Source of the DNA: Paramecium tetraurelia
Taxonomy: Eukaryota
DNA length: 64,000 nt
Assembly (NCBI GenBank): GCA_000165425.1
Contig: CT868018.1
Location: forward strand, 75,204-139,203
Direction: 5' to 3'
The notes below the pieces were generated by a model. That model was not told the origin of the DNA and ran no database searches. It saw nothing but the letters and a program-made list of their open reading frames with translations. Shown piece after piece: positions 16,105 to 29,843 of the stretch; position 1 is the first letter of the stretch, and each line of letters begins with the position of its first letter. Made by a program: the position numbers and the translations under genes.

Positions 16105-18053
16105 TCAAAATTATACCTACTTTATGATATCAATTAAATTTTTCTTTTTTATATTGAAGAATTCTTCTTCAATTTCTATTTTTTCTTAACACAAATCTTG
16201 AAAATGCATACATTTTTAAATATGGAGCAACACAATTACTAGATCCTTCTTTTTTTTATTTTCAGCTTATTTATTGATTTCTTATTTAATTTATGTATGT
16301 AATTCCATTAATGCTTGACAATAACTATATTAAAATACTCCAGTTGCCTACTCCTAGAGTTCATTATTATACTCTTATCTCAAATTAGCGAAAAGGTTCT
16401 AATTTCCCCTTCTAATGGATAGTATTTTAATAATAATACATCTAATTAAGCACATTATAAAATTCGGAGTCTTAAATATAGGCTAAGAAGGCTCCTTTCA
16501 ATCCTTATAATTCTGGATAATTGGCTAGATCTTAGAGATAACTTTTGCTTTCAGATCTAATTCTTTTGAGGAGCATAAATTTTCCAATCAAGGACTTAGA
16601 TACATGATCATGTTTACTTTGCTTTCATTTTCAAACTATATTTGATTTATTTCACTATATGTCCTATTGCAAAACTACAAAGCATCCTATAAATAAAGAT
16701 ATTTTTGTTAAATTTTTGTATTCACTAGACTATTAGTGTTATTAATTTAACTTTTTATTTGTATACTATTGTAAGTTCTGTCTGTTTTGAAAACAGTCTC
16801 CTTTTCTTTGAGTTATTCTAGAGTATTTTAAATTGGTTATTAATTTTGTGACAAAGATTAAGTAGCCCTTAATTCATAAGCTAACTTCGATACATTTTCT
16901 TAATTTTAATAAGTATTGTTAATAATATTAACTTTCTAGAGGCTCTCCACATATTGAGATTATTAGTTTTATTAAGTTTTAAAGACGTCTTCATTTTACT
17001 TCAGAACACTCATCCCATCCTAATAAATTTGAACTTCTTTTTTATTATTATAAACATCCTGATAGTAACGAGAAGTCTCTATTTTGCTAACATTTTTCTA
17101 AGCGATTTAGCTGACCTTCGACATGTTTTAAATCTTAGTGAACATGGAATACTAAAATAATTAAGGAAAGGTTAATCTTTCTTTTGGATCTTCTTTTAAC
17201 ATTTTACTAATGACTTCTTTGATTTCATTTTGAATTACCACTCCATACTTGTAAAATTCGATTTTCTCTATATACTATACACTCTATTTATTTACATTAG
17301 CGAATGGCTGACAAATAGACTTTAACATCTGAGCAGTCAAAAGGCAATTCTCCAAAGAGGAGCTAATAGAATATGCATCCAATAGAGAATATATCTGATT
17401 GTAAGCCATAGCTATCATATCTAGCCACTTCTGGTGCCATGGTCCCAATCGTTCCCAAACATAATGTGACCTCCATATCCTAGATGTGATTTATAATAAA
17501 AACTTTGTTTTGCAATTATTTACAAAATCCAAGATCTGCAATTTTGACCTAATCGTTGTGCATCAAAATATTTGCCAATTTGATATCTCTATGAATTATA
17601 TTGAATTTATGCAATTCACTTAATCCACTTAAAACTTATATTATAATATCTATGACTTTCTGTTCTTGCAATCTTTTACCTTTTTTTTCCCAATATTTCT
17701 CCAAGTCTCCTGCTATAAAGTAATATTAATTAAATATTTACCATTACAATACTCCATTAAAATATAGCAATTAGATTTCGATTAAAAATAATGTTCCAAT
17801 TTCAAAACATTGGGAGAGTCTATTTTAGCTAGGACACTGATCTCATCTTTTAGTAATTCTCCCACTATTCCTTCACTATTGTTGAGAGACGCAAATTGAA
17901 TAATTTTTATAGCATGATAGGATTAATCAAAAATATTCTAACATTTATAAACCTATTAAAATGATTATATGAATAGAGAATTACGCAACCAAAGGATCCC
18001 TTGCCTAGTTCGTCAAGGAGTTTAAAGTCTCCAATTTATTTCCCTTACAGCAT
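16105..18053 (-). CDS. Ser/Thr protein kinase, tandem paralog of the preceding gene
   Basis: LGKGSFGC|VYKC, IIHRDIKLAN, KIADLGFCK, GTIGTMAPE, DIFSIGCIFY; same intron positions as the neighbour. Confidence 0.92.
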
Positions 18054-18369
18054 TTTAATAATTAATTTATATTAAAAATATATAATTTTCACCATTATAT
18101 TTAATATAAACCTATTTCATCCATTAAAATTATATATTTTTTTTTCTCTTTTTTAATGATTTTTTGTACTTGATGAAACTCAAACCTCATTCTAACTTTT
18201 TTTGTAAATGTCCAATTGTAGGACTAATAATTTGATGAAGAATCAAATTAATTAAGGAATTTAGAATTATCTATTCTTAATTAAGAATTAAAATTTAAGA
18301 ATTCAGAATTATACACAGATCAAGTATTTAAATTCAAGAATTCTAAAAGTTTTAAGCATTAATTAAGAA

Positions 18370-19428
18370 ATGGAAGAATTCACAATCCCTAAAACCTTTA
18401 AGGCAGCCTAATTAGTTGAATACGGAAAAGATCTGAAGATTGTAGAGATAGAAACACCATAATTACAAGAGGGACAAATTTTGATCAAGGTTGAAGCAGC
18501 CCCAGTCAATCCATCAGATTTGCTATTGAATGGGGGAAACTACCCTGCTGGAAAGGTATTGCCTGCAATCCCAGGAATTGAGGGTTCAGGAATTGTAGTC
18601 TAATTAGGGTATTTATATTAAGTCATCCCTTAGGCCAAATGTAGATAATGTTAAGTTGGGCACTAAAGTTGCATTCACTTCACACCAAAACTATGGCAGC
18701 TACAGTCAATACACTGTTACAACCAATAAATAAGTAATCCCACTTAATGATGACATCTCCTTTGAATTAGGAGCATCCTCCATTGTAAACCCTGTTACCG
18801 TTCTCCTTATGTTGGTAGAAACATAAGAATAGGGAGCCAAGGCAGTTGTCCATACTGCTGCTGGTTCAGCTTTAGGAAGAATGTTAGTTCGATATTTCTA
18901 AGATTCTGGAATAGATGTCATTAATGTTGTCCGAAAACCAGAACAAGTGGATCTTCTTAAAAAAGAAGGTGCCAAATATGTCTTAAATTAAACATCAGAA
19001 ACCTTCTTCCAAGACTTAAATGCGTTAGCTACTTAATTGAAGTATTATTCCTATTTCATTTTTTTAGTGCCACTGTCTTCTTCGATGCCATTGGAGGAAG
19101 TTTGACAGGTTAGATACTCAGCTAATTACCAAATAAATCAACAGCCTTCGTTTATGGATTGTTATCAGGATAACCTATCAGTGATGTCACTGCCAATGAT
19201 TTGCTTTTCAAGAGCAAGACTGTTAAGGGATTTTGGCTTAGCACTTCACTCCACAAGTATAATCCCTATGCCGATGTTAATGCACGAAAAAAATTAAATG
19301 AACTACTCAAAACAACATTAAAGACAGAATATGCTAACCAATATCCCTTAGACCAAATAAATGAAGGAATTGAGTTTTATAAAGCAAATCAAACTTAAAG
19401 GAAGATCTTGATTAGACCAAATCAGTGA
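18370..19428 (+). CDS. Medium-chain dehydrogenase/reductase (quinone oxidoreductase/enoyl reductase-like)
   Basis: ILIKVEAAPVNPSDL, IPGIEGSGIV, VHTAAGSALGRML, FFDAIGG; introns 18609-18633 and 19042-19067. Confidence 0.92.
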
Positions 19429-19477
19429 ACCAGTGTATATATATAGTAACAATTATTAAAAAGTTTTATATTCTATA

Positions 19478-21218
19478 TCATTAAAATGGAGGATTCAATA
19501 AATATATCTATAATCTATATTCAATTGAGTTCTCTAGAGACAAATTCATACCTAAGCGACGTCCTCCTGAAAGAGTTTTTATATTATACCAATAGCTTAA
19601 TCTGTATTCACTCTTTTCATCTTAATCATCGCACAGTAATAAATTTATGCTTTCATTAGGTGCAAATCCAAATGATTATTCTTATACTTAATACCAGTAG
19701 ATATTTCCATGAGTACTTTTAATCGCCTTTTAAGAATCAAAAGTTGGTCTAAACATGTCATTTGCAAAGTCACATGCTATTAAATCAATGATTTCTAAAC
19801 TCATAATGCTTAAACCTCCCAAACATAGTAAAGGGTTATCCCTGTCATGTTTAAAAACCATTTATTAGATTGAAGCCATTGTTTAAAGTAATATGGGCTT
19901 ATTAAATAACTCGTCATATATTAATTCAAATCCCTTCAGATTATTTTTTGGTAGATGTAAATGAATTTTGATTAAATGTCTAAAATTCAAAAGTGTATAT
20001 ACGTAATTTTTCAATTGAATTATCTTCCTCATCACATTCTCCTCCTCTATGTAATCTATTATTTTCTTTAATTTTTTTTTTTATTCCTTTTTTACTTGAA
20101 TTTATTATGCAGACACAGATTTGATCTATTCTTTCTTAAAGTTTTGTAGTTAAAGCATTGATGATATTTCTTATATTTTACTTCTCAAATCAAATTCTGA
20201 ATTAAGAAACTATGTTAGATTATTTTATATGGCTTCTACTTGACTCTAAAAATTGTTCTTATCTTTTTCTAAATTCAAAGTATAACTTTATTTAAAGGTA
20301 TCAAAACGCAGTTTTAATTTTTAAATACTGTCTATTACTTGTGTAACAGTCTAATTTAATGCTTATATATCTCCAGTTTGATTTATTAATAAGTATTGGT
20401 GCTATTATTCAAGTAGATTAAAGTTATCCTTCAAATTCAAGACATCCTACTATAATTAATCTTATCTTTGAGTAGTCAATCCTTGTTGCCTTTCAAAACT
20501 TAAGATCTCAAATTGATTAGATTGCAAATAGAATAAATATGGAAACAATAATATTAGGAGTAATAATAAAAATTTATTGTACAAAGATTATTTACTAAAT
20601 TAAGTGACTTGTTTTTCAAGCACTTCTAGTTTCTATTGGGACCTAAATTAATTATAAAACTAATTATAACCTTTTTATAGTTGTTCGTATGTCCAAATCA
20701 AGAGACTGCATATATTTCTCAATTTATGAAAACAGTGTTGTTAGTTATGATTTTGAATCTTCTTAATATTTATTTTCATCTTCAAAGAAAAACTTAACAT
20801 AAAAAACATGAAATGAGTTTTGGTATGGAAATGTGAATTTTTGCTCCAAATATGTAGAGGTCAAAAATTTTAGTAACTTGATTGTTTCTCCTTCTATTTT
20901 CTCAGTAGCATTCTTTATTAGATCAGCATTTCTACTTAATTATACTTCCTAGATTTTATTCTTTGAAAAGTCTAGCGCTTACTAAATAATCATTTGAATG
21001 AAAGTATTTCTTCTAATTTGTTTCTTTTTTATTTCATTAATAAATTATTCGAGCTCAATGAAATCATCAACATGCTTTACGACTTTGTTTTTACTTAAAT
21101 GATATTTAGTTAGACATTAGTAACATTAAATTTGCTTTTTTTCAACTTAATAACATTCCGCATTTAAACAGATATATTTTTCTGGACATTAAGTGTTTTA
21201 GCAAATTACAAATTCCAT
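19478..21218 (-). CDS. Hypothetical protein: Cys/His-rich N-terminus, coiled-coil middle, C-terminal domain with WYQVQEQSFGFAPNE...RLSYWY (may be two genes)
   Basis: MEFVICQNTQCPEKYICLNAEC...CYQCLTKYH at the start; TGA at 19478-19480; internal exon structure not resolved. Confidence 0.55.
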
Positions 21219-22105
21219 AAGTATTTAATATAATATTTTAATATCATTTGAGCAAGAAATATTATTAAATTTATATAATAATCAAAATTAATATGACTAA
21301 TAATCTCTATATATTCCATTAAGCGTGTTATTATTTAGTAACACAATAAGAAAATATAATATTAAATTTTATTTGTGAATTCTCGCTACTTGGCCTCTCT
21401 TTAATGTGGACTAGGCTTCACTTGTAAAAATTTGAAAAAATTGAAACTTTTCTTAATTATTTATATTATAAGAGGCAAGATAATTTAAATATTTCAAGTA
21501 GAATATTTATTTAATCTATTTAACTTTTCCAATCTTAAATTACCAATTCTTAAAATTTACGATGTCTCTCGGTCCAATCTTGTTATATAATTTGTCCTAT
21601 TAACTTCTTCCGTTACTATTTTATATCTAGAATTTAATAAGAATCGCTTTGACTTAATTAATTGTTATTTCAATTTAAATAGTATATATATGACAGATCG
21701 ATGAAAGTGCAGACTAATGATTAGCTTGCCATTTTAAGGAAATTAGGTTATAGATTCTATTTTGAGTTTCAATATTCAATCATATAGATTTTATGGCCTT
21801 AACAAATTAAATTGGCTCTTCAAATTATTAGTTGCATATTTTACCATATGATCTGGTGAAAAATAGAGATTAACAAATAGCTAAGAGACCTAGTCTCTAA
21901 GATAATCGCCTAAATAGCAAAATTCTCATGCTTTAGATGAATTGATACAATAATGTAATAATGTGAATAAAGAAGGTTATTGTGTAATCTTTCTCTGAAG
22001 ATCATAAATTCGATTAGTTAGATTATATCTGGATTAGATTTTCAAGAACATGACATTTTGATAATGAAATAAAATATGAAAGGGAATTCATATTAATCAA
22101 ACTCA

Positions 22106-22645
22106 ATGATTGCCATTTAAGGATTAGTTTACCTTCCTCATGGATTCTATTTGGGAATTGCCCAAATACCTTACCTCTAGACTTATGAATAGATGTTTAA
22201 AGAGAAAGGAGAAGAAGTTGTAAAATAAGAGGTTAAAGAGGAGTATGATTCAGAATCTGTTAAAAGGGAGTACGAATCTGAATCTATTGAAGCTTGTAAA
22301 AAAAACATAAGAAAATTCAGTCCTTATATCTGGCCTGGAGAGACAAAGAACTATTATAAAAATATTGGAAAAAAGTTAGCATCATTCATTACAAATAGTT
22401 TTGACTAATCTTATGTCAGAGAAGACCCATTTGTTAACTAATTTGTGAAAATGTAGGGGTAAAATTACAACAGAATTCATTTTTAAAAGCTATTTACTTC
22501 AAAAATTGCTCGGAGAATAGCAACAGAATTTTTTGGAAATTATCAATGGTGTTCCCAATTTATTTTGTAGAATAAAACTGAACTCGGGTTGTACTTAAGA
22601 CATAACAAGTAGATGTATAAAAGGAAAAGTTAGTCAAAAAAATGA
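22106..22645 (+). CDS. Hypothetical protein, 179 aa
   Basis: Open code-6 frame of 180 codons containing WPGETKNYYKNIGKKLASFI. Confidence 0.7.
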
Positions 22646-23982
22646 AAACCATTAATTTATATATGAATTTAAAGCACAAAAAATTATCAAATCCATTTAT
22701 TACTAGTTGATCAACAATTTTTTTAATATTTTAGCAGCACATAGAGCTAATGTAATGCACAATTTATAAAGTGAATTGATTCTACAAAAATAGAATATTT
22801 TTAACTTTTAATCTGCAAAATTTACCTTTCCAAAATATTTGAAAACTAGATATTTCAATTTTATGTATTTAACAATATATTATAAATCACATTAGAAATT
22901 ATTTTTGTAAAATGATATTACTTTTTCAATTAATAAGCAATTTTTAAATATAATATAATTCATATGAGTTTTGCTAATATTAATTATTATTATTAATATC
23001 GAGTATATTTTATTAAAATAAATTCAATATTAATATAATCTCAAGTGAGCGAATAGTATTTCTTTATGAATTTACTTAATTGATTTTAGTATAAGAATAA
23101 ATAAATACATTAGCAATAAATTATATAATCCTGTTAATTTCTTTTATAAAAAAAACAATGTTTTTTTCATTATTTATAAGTATAATAATCTTTTAAACCA
23201 AAAATTTTCTTCTCATGGATTAGATGTCTAAATAATGTTATATCTTGAAAATACTTATTATATATAATACATAAAATGATTCTTTTTTAGATATCGAATA
23301 TAATAAGTTATTTATAAAATCATTCATAACTTTAATAGGATGATGAACCCCTCCCATTTCAAATAATATATTAGAACTCAAATTTCATATAGTAAATACA
23401 ATTTTTAAATAAATGTTCTTGTTTCAACATCTGATTATTAGAAATATTTAGTGTTTGTTTGAATATATATATAATCTGCATATGCATAAATTTTATTATA
23501 CGAAGAACTTTTATTTGATGATGTTATTAATTATATGAATTTCTAATTTTTTAATAATGTTGAATTATTTGTTGATCCCTTATAATCTTGTGATTCTAAT
23601 GAATCTGTCTTAGATAAAATCTATATATAACTCAAGTTTTACTTAATTCGTATTAAGGATGTGTTAATTGCTCAAGAAACAAAAGTATTTGAGGGATGCT
23701 TCAAATTTAGGTACAGATCTGTTGTGTCATTAATTCATTCATGGATAAATCTAGAATAGGAGAATTAAAATATTTTAATAAGCTCAATGTGAATCTGAAG
23801 TAACATATTCTTAAACAGATTTTATATTTTAGTTATGATTTATCTCGAATAAGAAATCCATTCTCAAAATCAAAAATATGGTTTAATATTTAAAAATACT
23901 TTTTTTAATATTTAATCATAAAATCTATATTTACAAGTGCTAGAGAAATTTTTATATTTTATTATTTCACATTTTTATTATT

Positions 23983-25426
23983 ATGATATAAATTTTACTA
24001 CTCTATAGTATAATAGTGAGAGCGTAAAAATTACTTAAAACTCTTGAACTCGATGTAAATAATAAAATCTCAGGAATAATCAATGTAGAAAAGAATGATG
24101 AAAACCTTTTAATAGTATTTTAATTTGATAAATCAACTCACCCTATAGCATTAGTTTCTTAGGAGGAAATTTCAGATTCAGATTTTAATACAACAATTAA
24201 GCCAATATTTATTGAAAGTACAAAGGTTGTTTTTTTTGATTATGAATCAATTTAAACCCATTAATCCATTCATTTGGTTGAAATATAATATGTGGAGAAC
24301 ATATACTATTATGTCAAAGATAGATTTGGGCCATTTAAACTGAAAATATAAGTTTATTCGAAACCTCATTCTATATGCACAAACAATTGTTAAGGATTTT
24401 AGGTCAATAGTATGAAGTAAAGTTCTAGGTGTAGCACAAAATGTGAATGTGAATCTGGATACTTTGGATCATATTGTTAGTTTGAATTAATAAATATAGA
24501 ATAAGACGTAAATTATAAGATTCATTTAATTCCCCATAAAGCTGTGTATTTATCATTTTAATTGGAATAAGAAGCCATTTTAATAGCAGATGATGTCATT
24601 GATCCTATTAGTATCAAATCATTCAATTAATATAGCTGCTAGTTTTGGGGTTCAAGGGAAGAAAGGTTTCGAGATTCCAGATCAAACATCCTATACTGCA
24701 ATTCTCCACAGCCAATTGAGTCTGACAAAATTGATTCAGAATTTAAAATTTCAGTTTAAGGATGCTAAAATATTGATCATTGGATTGTATTGCCGAAAAG
24801 ATTAAACCATAAATGTTGTCCTTAAGCAAGAGTAAACTCCCTCAATATGGAGTGGTAATTGTTTGTTTCTAGCCTTTGCATCTTTCAACATAATTGTTAT
24901 AATACTTTGTTTTGGAATCACAAATCTATGCAGACACAAAGAGATTACAGTGAAAAAGAAGAGAAAAATAAAGATTAGACCCCCAAAAATAGAAGACCCA
25001 AAAAACTTCTCTGGTTCTTTTTTCAACAAATATTTCGAAATCTATGATTATGATGATTTCATATAAATAAATCCTCAGTACAACTAGAACACCCAGTGTG
25101 TAGTTTGTATGGAGGATTTAAATCAAAAAGAAATTAGTGTAACTCCTTGTGGTCATATATTTCACTATTAATGTTTAAAGAAATGGCTAATGAGAATCCT
25201 TAATTGTCCCTCTTGTAGATTCCAAATCACTTATTAACAGGTTATCGAAGGAGGATGGCTTGGAAGTAAGCTTTAATAAAATCCACTCTGTTAATAATCA
25301 AATTGTAAATCACATTCAGGCATTCAAAGAAGTAATTCTTTGATTGAAAACAACGAAAACGCTGATAGCATTCAAATGGTTGAAAAAGGCGATGAAAATT
25401 GTAAATGCGTAAATAAAGAATTCTGA
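23983..25426 (+). CDS. Signal peptide + EGF-like + TM + RING-H2 protein (membrane E3 ligase-like)
   Basis: MIQILLLYSIIVRA; CTNNC...CSTKCECESGYFGSYC; TM LFLAFASFNIIVIILCFGI; CVVC...CGHIFHYQC...W...CPSC; 25-nt intron 24611-24635. Confidence 0.85.
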
Positions 25427-25504
25427 AAATAGATTTAATGATTTGAATTTCAATATAGAATAATAAATAAAATTATAAGTAATGTTCTATCCAATAAATA
25501 ATAA

Positions 25505-26438
25505 TCATCTATATTGCAAACAATTAGGACATGATTTTTGTTCAGCACAATCTCTATGATAAACCTTCAAACAAGCATCACAATAAGTGACATTCTTGAT
25601 ATCAAAAGCATGGATTGGTACCATACGCTAACAAATACTGCAAATATGCCCTCTTTTTTAACAACTCTTACAAACATCGATATGCTTAAATAAAATAACA
25701 TAATATCCTTAAATAACTTTTGTCAAACTTCCATTATAAATTTCATATAAATCCTTTAAACTAAAGCAGTTCCTCTTTAAACAGAGATTCATTCTTTTGT
25801 CGAGCAAAGTTTGTACTAATTTTGGATCGCAAATCATGTCATATAATAAGTGAATTTATCTTTTGAGAACTAGAAATTCAAAAAGAGTCTTATTGAATTA
25901 CAATAATTTCGATGTTGGAGGTATTTCAAGAATGGGTAGATCGTATAATTTATCTATTTCAGATTAAGCAACTTTAGAAACCTTATAATGTCTTAAATCA
26001 AAACTCTCCAAGGCTTTCCATGGAATAGGCATTCTCACCACCGACATGCAATCGTTACAAAAATAGCGGCCGTGAAAAAAGCATAAATCACAATTAGCAC
26101 CAATAGTTAAGAATCCATTTGAAATTGGTTTTTGACATTGCCAACATTTGAAATTCTATTCTTTCAATTCATATTGTGGAGGAGGCTATGTGAATCTGTT
26201 AATATTGAGAGTTTCAATAATTTCTTTGTAGATCTAAAATGTTATAGTAAAGTAAACAAACCTCGTCATAAAGAATTTGAGAAGGTTTCTTTCCTTTATG
26301 TTTAGTGTATAGGTGAGGTGGAAGCTTAGTAAATTGCTCGCCAGAATCAGGGTGTAAGGAATCTCTTGATTGACTAAATATCCCAAAAAAATTATTAGGC
26401 TTGTTGACGGTAACCTAGTTTTGATTAATCCAAGACAT
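25505..26438 (-). CDS. Rubicon-homology (RH, zf-RING_9; DEF8/PLEKHM-like) domain protein
   Basis: CWQCQKPI...CFFHGRYFCNDCM...IPWKALESFDLRHYKVS...HIDVCKSCQKRGHICSIC...CDACLKVYHRDC...CPNC; one 28-nt intron. Confidence 0.85.
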
Positions 26439-26461
26439 TTAAAATAAATAATTAACAATTA

Positions 26462-27111
26462 ATGTTTGATGAGGCTGATGGAGATTATGTTGAATAGACA
26501 CCTTAAGATGATGGACTGGTGGATGTGGAAGTCATTGTGAACAAGGAGAGGCAATATCAACAGGAATTGTTGCAAGTGCTGAAATGGAAGGAGGATGAAC
26601 ATAAAGGATTGCGACAAGAATTAGGAGAGATTAAGTGCAAAATAGAGCAAATCCAATTAAAGTGTATTAGAGAGTCATTGATAAATAGAATACCAAGACG
26701 AAATACCTATGGTTGATCCCTACCTCAGAGAATACATTTAGGAATTGGGCGAATAACAATTATTCGACTTAGAGTCCCAAAGATAAGAATTAAAAGGAGA
26801 GAAGCAAGGCAAAATTGAATAATTGAGATAATTACAATAGGCCAAGAATTAAATAAAATTATTCTTTACATAAACTGAGATTTCAAGCTATTTACAAATT
26901 TCATACAAAAACATGTTAGAAAATCTTAATTAAGAGTTATTCTAATATATGCAGGAGAGAGCAGACTTGGAAGACGAACAATTTAGTTTCGACAAAAGAC
27001 TCAAATCTCTTAGATCTTAAATTAGAGTATGATATTCTTTTAGTTTAGGAAGTTACTGAGAAGAATCAAAAAATTATTCAATAAATAGAGAATAGCAAAT
27101 AAATTGAATGA
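26462..27111 (+). CDS. Coiled-coil hypothetical protein
   Basis: MFDEADGDYVEQ start, E/Q/K-rich; introns at 26664-26688 and near 27028. Confidence 0.7.
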
Positions 27112-27145
27112 ATTCTTGTATTTTATCATTTATATTTTCATAAAG

Positions 27146-28667
27146 TCATTGAGTTCTTTCAATCTTTTATTTTACCTTTGGGAAACGCTCAAGTTACTTC
27201 TCAAACATTTGACTTACCACTTAATCAAGAGGTACATCCTTACTCACAGTCATGCTTTTGGTTCCTGGAGACAATACTGAATTTGTCAATTTTTTAATGT
27301 GATCTTCATTCTCTTCCCTTTTGGAGAGATAAAGCAAACCCTTTTTGCTTGGCCCCTCATTCTTTTAAGGTGGCTCAAAGTTATAGGTTTTCCTTAGGAA
27401 TTCAGCAAACTGTTTCTCATTCTTTCTAAATTAAATTGTACACTACCTAGCCATTTTTTTAAGCATATAAGAAATATAGAAAGTTGCCCTTCTCAACATT
27501 ACTCATTTATCTCTGTATTTTCTTTTCTTGTTATTTTGGAGGCATGGAAGTTTCAGATTATTACCTTGTTTACAATTTTATTTGTTTAGGTTTGCTTTAG
27601 ATTGCAGGCAAAGGATTTATCTATTAAGATTATCTATGCATAATGCTATTTTTCAAGGTTAATCTAAGCAATTGTGCTTATTTAGAGTGAATGATAACAC
27701 CTTCATCGATGATTTATTGAAATTAAAGTGATTATATATTTTTCATATTTTTGAAACAAAATCACCAATTTCATTAACAGCATTTCTCAATTAAACCAAT
27801 TAAGACTTCAAATTATTTATGTTCTATTCCATCTCTGATATTTTGTAATCATTCTCCAATAATGCCTTTATATGTTAAAATATTCTCATCATGTCTGCAT
27901 CCAAATCACTATACTTTGTAAAAATACAAAATTATTACATGCTATTGCATTTCAGCCACTCCATTATTATTGGTTCTTTGTAGTTGATTGTTCTCATTAA
28001 CAATTGCAGCTATTTAATTAATTCTCTCTTCACATTCTTCACGAGTGACTCCATGCTTATGATTAAAAAGTTCAATCTACTCGTTTACACCTCCAAATTA
28101 TTGGCTAATTTCTTCGAGTTTTTCTTGCATAACCATAAACTTCGATTAAATCTCCTTATTTAGGATCTTATATAAATTATCCTCAATGCTCTTGATACCT
28201 GCTAAATTGTCTTTTGAAATTTTCTTCTCTAGTTTCTCAAGTTACCCTTTATCCAAAGTCACTTATTGTATAATCTGAGAATAATCTTATTATTATTATG
28301 ACTTGTATTATTGATCATTCAATTCATCTAAAAACCCTTATTGATCTATTACAGCTTTTTCGAGATTCTCCATTTTTAACAATACCTTTTGATTGTCCTC
28401 TTCCATTTTTCGAATCTTTTGCCACATCTTTTCTATTACCTATTAAAATCTTTCTGCATTCACAAATTTTTTTAATTCCTCTTGCACTTATAAACACGTT
28501 TGGCATGTCTTCTATGTATTCATTTCTTCCTAAAATTCTATTGTTGAAGGACCTTTATCCTAAAAGTTTTATTTCATTATAAAATCGATAATATTCAGCT
28601 ATCTTCCTTAGTTTCGACATGAGTTCGCTGATTTTAGATATTTATCTTATGAATTTTATCTACTCAT
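27146..28667 (-). CDS. Coiled-coil hypothetical protein
   Basis: MSRQNSQDKYLK start, long Q/E/K-rich frame, TGA at 27146-27148. Confidence 0.65.
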
Positions 28668-29708
28668 TAATTTAATATTATAAATTGAAATACAAAAGCC
28701 AAAATAATCATATTTCAAACTATCTCCTCCTATTATAGTAGCAGCTATTGAAATAAGAGAACGTAGAAAACAAATAAAATTTAAGCTATAATGATAAAGT
28801 GAAAAAAATTCATACATATGGGAATCACCCAAGGAATCTTCAAAAATATAATATTATTAAATAAATTTTGATTAACAATTAATTCAATGTATTTGATTTT
28901 ATCTAATTGCATATCTTAAACATTACATGCATAAGATTATTTTTAAAAAAATTAAGTCATTAAAAAAGGATATTAACTAATTTATTTTTTTCATTTAATG
29001 ATTTGCTCATTTAAATATAGAAATCATTGAAAATTTTTATTAATTAAAACCTATTGATATATTAGGAAATAAGATATGCCTTTCATTTGTAGATTAATCT
29101 GTTTTTTAAAGTTTAAAAAGATAGGTCTTTATTATCTAAGAAAATTAACAAAGTTCATATATATGTCAAAACTTATCCATTTGTAATACAAAAATCATAG
29201 TATAAAAAGGAGTAGAGAGTAAAATCCTTTATGATTATATTCGTTATTAAAGATAAATTCCTTGTATCCAAAATTTCTTGTTCTTAATTCCGAAGTCTGC
29301 CAATAATTAACACATATACAGAAATATTACAATTTTATTTATTCAAAGAATATATTGATTTATTTAGCTCTATCTGAAAAAAGTGAGTGATTCTGAATTA
29401 TGAATTCAGATCCAATAGCATTCTGAGTATTTTTATTTTTAAATAATTCCCTTTTTTAAGATTACTTTTTGAACCGTCAATTTACAAGAACATTGATGAT
29501 GTACAAAATATTGATTGGCTTTGATATTTGAAATAATGGAAATTTAGAAAAGTTTATTCTATTTAACAAAGATTATAATGTTCTTTTGATTAACTTAATT
29601 GAAAACTTGGATTAAATTAAAAGTTAAATCAATATTAGCAAGAATATTGTTTAACAAATGATTCTAATAAGATGACAAATATTTTGCATATGACAAATAA
29701 AATAATTT

Positions 29709-29843
29709 TCAATCTGTTTTATTGATTGTATGGCACTTTTTCATTTCCATCCAACATCCTAAACCACAAAAACCCAAAAGACCAACCAATATAGCAATCA
29801 AAAATAAATGACTGAAGGAAGGTTCAGAATACTCTATTTCCAT
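29709..29843 (-). CDS. Candidate 44-aa single-pass membrane microprotein
   Basis: MEIEYSEPSFSHLFLIAILVGLLGFCGLGCWMEMKKCHTINKTD-TGA; locally GC-richer than its flanks. Confidence 0.5.
   Translation of the reverse strand: MEIEYSEPSFSHLFLIAILVGLLGFCGLGCWMEMKKCHTINKTD

Noticed and set aside
21701..21945. Possible small spliced ORF starting MKVQTNDQLAIL
   Set aside because: Needs an atypical 20-nt intron and has no recognisable motif; not supportable from sequence alone.
24560..24640. Apparent programmed frameshift in the RING gene
   Set aside because: Explained by a canonical 25-nt GTA..TAG intron at 24611-24635.
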